64,000 nt of DNA from Myxococcota bacterium (GTDB taxonomy: Bacteria > Myxococcota > B64-G9). The stretch lies in assembly GCA_022710975.1 (NCBI GenBank), contig JAKLGA010000009.1, positions 245,547-309,546 of the forward strand. Reading direction: 5' to 3'. The position numbers were made by a program, and so were the translations under genes. Positions within the stretch are counted from its first letter, which is position 1. Every line of letters starts with the position of its first letter. Below, in pieces: positions 57,026-64,000 of the stretch. A model generated the notes under the pieces. That model did not search any database. It saw nothing but the letters and a program-made list of their open reading frames with translations, and was not told the DNA's origin.

Positions 57026-59326
57026 CTATTCGATGGCGATGATGTACACCGCCCCAGAGTTGGTTCCAAGAGTATCCTGCGTGTAGTCCCCAACGATTGC
57101 AGTGCTCCCGCTGAGCGAAACTGAGTTTCCAAAGGAGTCGATCCCTTCGGTCACAGGTGAATCTACACGCAGGAGCAGGCTCCAGGTTGCGTCTGGATTG
57201 CGGCGGAAGAAGTGAACGTCGTTTTCGGTATGGCTACTTCCGACAGCTAGAGTGTCATTGAACAGGCTTACAGATAGGCCAAAACCATTCTGGGCTGGTG
57301 AGCTTGGTAATACCTTAGCCTCGTGCTCCCATGTGTTTGACCCCGTTCTCCTGAAGATGTAAACAGCTCCGGAACCGGTCGTTATGCCGTCCTTTCCTTG
57401 CGCTCCCATGGCGATCCAGTCGCCATAGATACTTGCCGCAAAGCCGAAATTGTCGTCGGCTGCAGCGTCGTAAGCCACGATCTCAGTGGCGTTACCCCAC
57501 GAATTTACGTCGGTACGTTGAAACACAAATGCCGTTCCAGCCCCTCCACTAGCGCCGACGACTGCGTAGTCTCCATCGACTGCAACTGAGGATCCAAAGC
57601 CTTGCCCGCCCGGCGCGGCGATGACCGTGCCAGCATCCCAAGTGTTTTCTCCAGTGCGATGATATATGTACGCTGTGTTGGCGTTCCGGGCTCCAACGAT
57701 GGCATAGTCACCACTGAGGCAGACAGCGGCTCCGAAGAAGGCGCCTCCCTGGAACCTTACTCCAGCATCCCAGGAATTGATGTCTGTTCTGTGAAAAATA
57801 TACGCTGAATTTTTCCGGTGTTCACCGACAATTGCATAGTCACCACTGATCGAGACGAACATGCCGAAATTCGAATTCACTTCAGGATTGTGGGAGTACA
57901 CCCTTGTCCCAGTGTCCCACATGTTCGGCCCAGTCCTGTGGATGATGTGCGCTGAGCCAGCATTCGAGTCCACACCATAGGAACCGATTATCGCATAGTC
58001 CCCATCAATTGCTACCCCCGTCCCAAAGTATCCATACTCTGAGGGCTCAGGTGAATAGAGCTCGGATATGTCAACACAGATGCTCTGATTGATGCACGAC
58101 TCTCCTTCACGGCAGCATGTTCCGTTGCAGACCACCCAGCCGCAGTTGCAGCTTCCACTGGCATCGCAGAGTTCGCCAGCCTCACATGTTCCGCAATCGA
58201 ACCCACCGCGCGGCGAAGGACCGCACAGCCTCCCGACGCAATCATCGAAGCATTGGCCATCAGCATCACACCATTCAGTTGCACCCGGACAAGTACCACA
58301 ACTGTATCCTGCGTTGGGAGATGGCCCACAGCTTCGACCGATGCAGTCATCCTCACATTGGCCAGCAGCAGTGCAGTATTCTGTCGCCCCGCCACATGTT
58401 CCACAGTTATGTCCATCGTTGGGCGACGGTCCACAAGTTCGGCCCAGGCAGTCGTCAACGCATTGACCAGCGCTTGTGCAATAATCCGTCACTCCTTGGC
58501 AACTCCCGCAATCAAGGCTCAAGTGAGGCGAAGGACCGCAGACTCTTCCAAGGCAATCGTCACCGCACTGGCCGCCATCGGAGCAATAGTCGTCTGCCAC
58601 TGAACATACCCCGCATGAAAGGCCAAGTGTAGGCGACAGCCCACAAATTCGCCCAACGCAGTCGTCAATGCAATGGCCCTCTGGATCGCAGTACTCTGTC
58701 TGGAGAGCACAGGAACCGCAGAAGAAGCCCGGACGGTTTGGGGATGCACCGCAGACCCTGCCAGCGCAGTCGTCCAGGCACTGCCCCGCGGCCGTGCAGT
58801 AGTCGTTCTCTCCGCTGCAGGTCCCGCAGGTGTGGCCGAGCGTCGGGGAGAGGCCGCACTCCAGGCCCGCGCAGTCATCCACGCAGGCCCCCTCCTCCGA
58901 GCAGTACTCATCCTCTCCCTCGCATCCGCCGCAGTCGAACCCCGCCACGGGCGAGGTCCCGCACCGGCCCAGACAGTCGTCGATGCACTGGTTTCCGGCA
59001 GGGACACAGTACTGGGTCGGGCCTGAACAGCTGCCGCAGAGCTTTCCGATGTTCGGCGACTGACCGCAGAACCGTCCAGCGCAGTCGTCGATGCATACCT
59101 TGGCTGGCGTGCAGTACAGGTCCCCATCACAGGTGCCATCGGAGTAGCAGGGCTCGCCGAGGTTTCCAGCCGCGAAGCATCGGTAGTCGACGCAGGCCAG
59201 GCCGCTGTTGCAGGTACCGTTGTCCCTGCACGGTTCGCCGGAGTGGCCGACCCCGTGGAGGCCGATGTCGCAGCCTGCGGCACCGGCCAGCAGCGAAGCC
59301 AGGATGACGAGCGTGGAGTTGCGCAT
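57026..59326 (-). CDS. Lipoprotein with ~9 tandem Cys-rich repeats (DDCxGRxCGxSPxxGxxCGxCxGxxxYCxxxGxC) and C-terminal FG-GAP-type beta-propeller repeats. Reduced GC.
   Basis: SD GGAGGTG before the Met at 59326. Lipobox LLAGAAGC. Repeated GDYAIVG...FG.SV...GDYA blades. Confidence 0.7.
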   Translation of the reverse strand: MRNSTLVILASLLAGAAGCDIGLHGVGHSGEPCRDNGTCNSGLACVDYRCFAAGNLGEPCYSDGTCDGDLYCTPAKVCIDDCAGRFCGQSPNIGKLCGSCSGPTQYCVPAGNQCIDDCLGRCGTSPVAGFDCGGCEGEDEYCSEEGACVDDCAGLECGLSPTLGHTCGTCSGENDYCTAAGQCLDDCAGRVCGASPNRPGFFCGSCALQTEYCDPEGHCIDDCVGRICGLSPTLGLSCGVCSVADDYCSDGGQCGDDCLGRVCGPSPHLSLDCGSCQGVTDYCTSAGQCVDDCLGRTCGPSPNDGHNCGTCGGATEYCTAAGQCEDDCIGRSCGPSPNAGYSCGTCPGATEWCDADGQCFDDCVGRLCGPSPRGGFDCGTCEAGELCDASGSCNCGWVVCNGTCCREGESCINQSICVDISELYSPEPSEYGYFGTGVAIDGDYAIIGSYGVDSNAGSAHIIHRTGPNMWDTGTRVYSHNPEVNSNFGMFVSISGDYAIVGEHRKNSAYIFHRTDINSWDAGVRFQGGAFFGAAVCLSGDYAIVGARNANTAYIYHRTGENTWDAGTVIAAPGGQGFGSSVAVDGDYAVVGASGGAGTAFVFQRTDVNSWGNATEIVAYDAAADDNFGFAASIYGDWIAMGAQGKDGITTGSGAVYIFRRTGSNTWEHEAKVLPSSPAQNGFGLSVSLFNDTLAVGSSHTENDVHFFRRNPDATWSLLLRVDSPVTEGIDSFGNSVSLSGSTAIVGDYTQDTLGTNSGAVYIIAIE

Positions 59327-59327
59327 C

Positions 59328-61016
59328 TTACCACCTCCCCCCAAAGGAGAAGGTCGCTCCACCGTCGGTGGGGACGATGGAGAGCGCTTCCGGGTGGTCC
59401 TTGAACCACTCCCTGTCCTCTGGCGCCATGAACCACAGGACGGCGCCGGCCACGAGCAGGGCGAAGCCGGTGCCGAAGCTCGCGTACATGACGCCCGCCC
59501 AGGTCCGGCTCTTCCCGGCGGCGTCCGGGTCTCCTGCCTTGTCGTCATCCCCGTACGTGTAGGTGAGGCCGGTCGCGGCCGCTCCGAGCACCGACAACCC
59601 CACGCCCGACCAGAAGAGCCCGTGAGCCCACCTGGCCATCGGGTTCATGGGGTAGATCCGGGCCAGGGACAGGGCGACCACGGCTTCTTGCCCCGCCTGG
59701 AGATCGACCTCCTGGACCACTCCCACGTGGCCCTCCAGCGTGGCCTCGATCCGGTACTTCCCCGCAGGGAGATCCCTCCTCAGGGGGGCGGAGGCGCCCG
59801 GCTCCTGGCCGATGGCGACGAGCGCACCGGGCGGATCCGTCTCGACGACGAGGCTCGCCGGCGGAATCGTCCGCAAGGCCACCTTCAATTCGGTTCGCAT
59901 CCCGTTGGCGATCACGAACTCCCGCCTCTCGGGCAGGTACCCCTCCATCTCGATGACCGCGAAGTACGAACCAGCCTCCAGGTTGTTGGCCGCAAAGGGG
60001 GCCTCAGCCTCGGCCAGGGTCTGCCCTTCCGAGTTCTCCAGCGACACATTGGCCCCCCTGGGCTCCGAGGTGACCCACAAGACACCGGGCTGGGTGTTCC
60101 TCAGGGTGATCTTCAGGGTGGTGTCCTTGTTGGATTCCACGGTCACCTGGTACTGGTTGGCGGCGAAGCCCTCGAGCTCCGCGGTCACCTTGTAGGTGCC
60201 CTCGCGCAGCGCGACCAGGATGGGCGAAGGCCCCAGCTTGTTGTAGCCGCTGATCAGCACAGAGGCGCCAGCCGGCTCCGTCGTGACCGTGAGCCGTCCC
60301 GGAACGATCTCCCGCAGCAGCCTCTGCCCCTCTGCCTCGTAGGGATTGTCGCCGGCGTACGCGGAGAGGAAATGATGGAGCAAGCGCACTCTCGTTTCCA
60401 GCTGGACGGACTCATCCTTCGCCAGAGAGTAGAGGTACGACCAGTTGCTCCTTATCTCTTCCTGCAGCTCCTTGGCATTCCTGGTGTCCTTGAGTAGCTC
60501 CTCGAACTCGAGCACCGCCTGTGTGGAGCCCGCTTCCCTGGCTTTCGCGGGCTGGCAGAGCTTCGCGGCGATCGTCCTGATGGCCGCCAGCAGTGATTCC
60601 TCCTTGCAGGTGGAATCACCCGTCGCGGCGCCCTCCGTGGCGGCTTTCTTCAGATCATAGAGTGTCGCGGTCACCTGGCAGGTGTTGCCGATCTTCAGGA
60701 TCTGGGAGGAGAGGGTCTTCTGCGCGGCCAGCTCCCCGCCGAGCTCGATCTGGCAGCTCGCGTCGTAGCAGGCCTTGTAGCTGTCCTTCTTCTGCTGGAC
60801 CAGCCTCTCCTTGATCTGTTCGCGGGGAACCAGGCCGAATCCGCACTCGGCCAGGCTGGCCGAGAGAAACTCCGTCAGGTTCTGCCGGGTCTTCGGGTCG
60901 AGCCCCGAGCCGCGGTCCTCCATGTCGAACACGGCCACGAGGGGCAGGTTCTGCCCCTGGGCCACGCTGGGCCATACGGGAAGGCCAATGACCGCCAGCA
61001 AGACTAGCCGCCTCAT
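59328..61016 (-). CDS. Secreted protein with three PEGA domains and a C-terminal TM segment
   Basis: Internal Met MRRLVLLAVIGLPVWPSVAQG. PEGA-like TTEPAGASVLISG...YKVTAELEGF (x3). Confidence 0.65.
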   Translation of the reverse strand: MRRLVLLAVIGLPVWPSVAQGQNLPLVAVFDMEDRGSGLDPKTRQNLTEFLSASLAECGFGLVPREQIKERLVQQKKDSYKACYDASCQIELGGELAAQKTLSSQILKIGNTCQVTATLYDLKKAATEGAATGDSTCKEESLLAAIRTIAAKLCQPAKAREAGSTQAVLEFEELLKDTRNAKELQEEIRSNWSYLYSLAKDESVQLETRVRLLHHFLSAYAGDNPYEAEGQRLLREIVPGRLTVTTEPAGASVLISGYNKLGPSPILVALREGTYKVTAELEGFAANQYQVTVESNKDTTLKITLRNTQPGVLWVTSEPRGANVSLENSEGQTLAEAEAPFAANNLEAGSYFAVIEMEGYLPERREFVIANGMRTELKVALRTIPPASLVVETDPPGALVAIGQEPGASAPLRRDLPAGKYRIEATLEGHVGVVQEVDLQAGQEAVVALSLARIYPMNPMARWAHGLFWSGVGLSVLGAAATGLTYTYGDDDKAGDPDAAGKSRTWAGVMYASFGTGFALLVAGAVLWFMAPEDREWFKDHPEALSIVPTDGGATFSFGGRW

Positions 61017-61084
61017 GCCCGACCCTCCGAGATGTTCTCGCCGTGGGAAGTGTACCACGGCGGACAGGTAGCGTGAGCGGCAGG

Positions 61085-62752
61085 TCACTCGCTGGGCCAG
61101 CCGTTGAGGCCCTTCATGGCCTCGAACTCCGACGGGTCGGGGTAGCGAGAGCACTCCTGGACGGCCATGCCGGTTTTTACGTGGTACATGGATGGCTTCT
61201 TCCGGTCCAGCCTCAGGGCCACGCAGAAGCTGTCCCGGATCATCTGGCCGAAGGCGTTCGGCGCGTCCACCACGACGTGCACGATGTACAGGTCACCGCG
61301 GTTGGCGACCACGTTGACCACCTGGAACACCGCCTCCATCGGCGAGCGCAGGTTCTCCAGGATCTCGCTCCGGGCGGCCAGCTTGGCCTCCCGGTGGTGG
61401 GCCTTGCCCCATGCGAGCAGCGTCCGCTCGGCCTGCTTCTCGGCGCGCTCGGCCGCGGCCTCGCGCCTGGCCTCGACAGCGTCCGCCTGGTCCAGGACCG
61501 CCTGGCAGCTCTTCGTGTGGCGCTCCGAGTCCATCCCCAGGCACTCGTTGGCCGCCTCCCGGGCCGCCTCCAGATCGCCTCGCGCCAGGACGGTCCTCGC
61601 CTTCGCGAGCTGCGCGTCCGCGCGGCGCAGGTCCACCTTCGCCGTCAGCGCTGCCAGGGCCAGCGCCCCGGGGTCGTCCTTGGGCAGCAGCCCGGCCGGT
61701 GCGGCCGCCTCGTCGGTGGTCTCCGCGGCCGCGTCGAGATCGCCCTTGGCCAGGGCCTTCTCGATCTGCTTCACGGCCGCGGCCACCAGGCGCTGGCGCT
61801 CGGCGCGATCGATCTCGTCCTGCTTCTGGCGTTCCGAGGCGCGGGCCTGCTGGAGCCTGACCCGCAGCTCGGCCAGGCCGGCCGTGTCCTTGTCGAAGGT
61901 GTCGGCGCTCCGGAGGGCGGCCTCCGCCTTGTCCAGCCCGCCCGCCTCCATGGCTACCCTGGCCTGGGCGGTGAAGGCCACGGCCTTGAGCTTGTGCAGC
62001 GGGAGGGTGGCCAGCCTGTTGCCTTCCGAGTGGATCACCGCGTCTTCCCACGCCGACGGCTCTTCCCAGACCCTGCGCAGGCGTTCCTTCAGCCCGATGC
62101 GCAGCTCGCCGCGGGCGTCGGTCCTGCCCAGCGGCAGCGGCCTCTCCAGGCTCCTGTGCACCAGGGAGAGCTCCACGTCCGCTGCCGGCGTCTCGCGGCA
62201 CCAGCGCAGGTCCCGGCCCTTCTCGACGGTGACCTCGGGGATCTCCTCCTCGTAGTCCGCGTTCCGCGCGGCCTCGGCGGTGAACCAGATCAGCACGGGC
62301 ACCGACGCGCCCACCCCGCCCACGCCGCCCCACTTCAGGACCTCGAGCGTCGTCTCGGACGGGCCGTCGACCGGATCGGGCTCGGCCGCGGCGCCCACGA
62401 TGGCCAGGATGGAGCCGCCGATCAGCAGGAAGCCCCCGAGCACCGCCGGGAACCAGGGGCCGAAGCCGCCGGCCTGCTCCCGGACCACGAAGTGGGTGCC
62501 GGCCTTCTTCACGAAGTGGGGCAGGGCGCACTCCTCGCGGCGCGTGAGCCTGCAGACGGCCTGCATGCCTGGCTCCTCCTGGCATTGCCCGAGGAGCTCG
62601 GTCTTGCCCGTGGGCGTCTCGGCGCCGTCGAAACGGCCGATCTCGCGCCACTCGTCCCGCGTGGTGACGTTCTGCGCCATGCAGCCCGGCAGCTGCGCGG
62701 TGAGCAGCGCGGGGAGCAGCATGGCCAGGATGGGTCGCAGGAACGCCCTCAT
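61085..62752 (-). CDS. Hypothetical lipoprotein with central coiled-coil/Ala-rich region
   Basis: Lipobox LTAQLPGC. An internal TM-like segment (FPAVLGGFLLIGGSILAIVGAAA) precedes the long AEAALR/DLEAAREA-type helical region. Confidence 0.55.
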   Translation of the reverse strand: MRAFLRPILAMLLPALLTAQLPGCMAQNVTTRDEWREIGRFDGAETPTGKTELLGQCQEEPGMQAVCRLTRREECALPHFVKKAGTHFVVREQAGGFGPWFPAVLGGFLLIGGSILAIVGAAAEPDPVDGPSETTLEVLKWGGVGGVGASVPVLIWFTAEAARNADYEEEIPEVTVEKGRDLRWCRETPAADVELSLVHRSLERPLPLGRTDARGELRIGLKERLRRVWEEPSAWEDAVIHSEGNRLATLPLHKLKAVAFTAQARVAMEAGGLDKAEAALRSADTFDKDTAGLAELRVRLQQARASERQKQDEIDRAERQRLVAAAVKQIEKALAKGDLDAAAETTDEAAAPAGLLPKDDPGALALAALTAKVDLRRADAQLAKARTVLARGDLEAAREAANECLGMDSERHTKSCQAVLDQADAVEARREAAAERAEKQAERTLLAWGKAHHREAKLAARSEILENLRSPMEAVFQVVNVVANRGDLYIVHVVVDAPNAFGQMIRDSFCVALRLDRKKPSMYHVKTGMAVQECSRYPDPSEFEAMKGLNGWPSE

Positions 62753-63005
62753 GTCACCTCCTCGTGGATCGTCGCGGAAGGGTCTCCTCCGAGCGTAGTG
62801 CCCGACCCGCCTCGGCTTCTACAGCCGATAGTCATCATGGGCGGGACCAGACTTCTGCCCGACTGGAAGGGAGGACGACCATGGGCGTGGGAATCTGACC
62901 GGTTGGGCAGAGAAAACGGCGTGCGAGTGTGCTAGAATTCCACTTCGTTGGTGCTCTGGCGAGGAACCGACGCTGAAGCCGTGGCGCAAGAGGGAGGTGG
63001 ATTCC

Positions 63006-64000
63006 ATGGGTCTCGAGGAAGAACTCGAGCGAAATCAAGCTGCACTGGAGGAGATTATTGAGATCACTTGTGAGAGACCCGATTCGATCATCCTGTTCCT
63101 ACCTGTAGATTCTGGTGAACGGTTGGCTGAAGCAGAAAAGGCGAGGCTTGCTTTCCCAAAGCTGTTCGGACTTGAGCCGAAGTTATGTTCCGCTGAAAAC
63201 GCTTTGTTGTCTGCTAGCACGAGGGATGCGAAATCTGAAGCGAACCCTCTGCGACATTGTGTATTCGGTATAAAGCGGATGTCTATCGGAAGCCTCACCC
63301 AACAGATCGATCGGCTGCCGAGGTCACTATCCATCTATTGCGATGCAAATTGGTTGTCGGGGTCGATGGCTTTTAGGGCATTCCTGTTGAAACACTACTA
63401 CATTCGATGGTTGGTTTGGATTGATAACGAGAGAGTGACTTGCTCTATTCCTGCCGTGATTTCTAGATTAGTTCTTATTCGCGCCATTGCGAAGGGTAGT
63501 TCGACTCCGCCATTGCTTCGGGTGGCTTCGATTATGGGTAACGATCTTACAGCCTCAGTTGATAGGATTAGAGAGTGCCGAAGGATGAAATCAGTCGGTG
63601 ACTATGGACGGACGATTATCATAGCATCTAGTGAATCGCTACTTCCGGGTATGCCTTGGTTCTTTGGCAGCTTTCAAAAAGACCACTTTGAAAATCTCGG
63701 GGCCTTTAGCGAGCTGATCAAGATTGGAGAGGCGGTGCACCTTCGTGATGTAGCTGCCCTTCTCCGCCCAATCGCAAAGGGTGCTTTCGGAAAAGATGAT
63801 ATTGATGAAGACGAGTCGACACCTGGGGATAAAGGTGTCCCATGCTACTGTGGCTCTGATGTTTGCGCGGACGGAACGCTAAGGAATCCTAGCCGCTATG
63901 TTCCTAGGGATTCTGTTGACAAGGACAACCTTCTTCTTGAAGGAGATATTCTGGTTCCTTCGGTTTACTCGGGAACACTGCTGCCAACCGCAAGGATCAG
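63006..64000 (+). CDS. Partial ORF of unknown function in a low-GC segment (>331 codons, no stop before window end)
   Basis: SD GGAGGTG before ATG at 63006. Open frame to 64000. Visual GC about 47% vs about 70% elsewhere. Not in the ORF track because it has no stop. Confidence 0.5.
   Translation, partial: MGLEEELERNQAALEEIIEITCERPDSIILFLPVDSGERLAEAEKARLAFPKLFGLEPKLCSAENALLSASTRDAKSEANPLRHCVFGIKRMSIGSLTQQIDRLPRSLSIYCDANWLSGSMAFRAFLLKHYYIRWLVWIDNERVTCSIPAVISRLVLIRAIAKGSSTPPLLRVASIMGNDLTASVDRIRECRRMKSVGDYGRTIIIASSESLLPGMPWFFGSFQKDHFENLGAFSELIKIGEAVHLRDVAALLRPIAKGAFGKDDIDEDESTPGDKGVPCYCGSDVCADGTLRNPSRYVPRDSVDKDNLLLEGDILVPSVYSGTLLPTARI

Overview
High-GC (about 70% by eye) bacterial chromosome window. 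A subtilase with a MYXO-CTERM-like tail, many Cys-rich lipoproteins and PEGA/FG-GAP proteins point to Myxococcota. Coordinates for internal starts were derived by hand from the ORF track and the sequence; all GC figures are visual estimates, not computed. The first 9 kb is a complex I operon on the minus strand (nuoA-B-C-D-H-I-J-K-L-M, with no nuoEFG). It is followed by housekeeping genes (YchF-like GTPase, TatD, RNase R, dGTPase-like HD protein), an S8 protease, a solo ExbD homolog, a zinc-ribbon/TPR protein and several Cys-rich lipoproteins. The middle of the window carries a compact plus-strand operon: ECF sigma, FecR-type anti-sigma, short Hsp70, J-domain protein, an AOR-like protein and CvpA. 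Downstream are a tandem duplicated TonB-dependent receptor plus lipoprotein module, an M48 zinc protease with an N-terminal zinc ribbon, and a THEP1-like NTPase. Two pockets stand out as likely accessory DNA. (1) 23.4-24.9 kb has no convincing ORF apart from one small membrane protein and contains GC-rich hairpin repeats and a 42-bp tandem array. (2) 48.6-55.2 kb is bounded by related tRNA T-arm-like motifs and encodes an AAA+ ATPase translationally coupled to a small protein, an XRE regulator and a Cys-rich C2-like lipoprotein. The last 7 kb has lower GC (PEGA plus FG-GAP operon) and then falls to under 50% GC at about 62.9 kb, where an unannotatable partial ORF begins. A tRNA/tmRNA-like 3' fragment lies at 48.74 kb, but no complete tRNA or tmRNA could be built.
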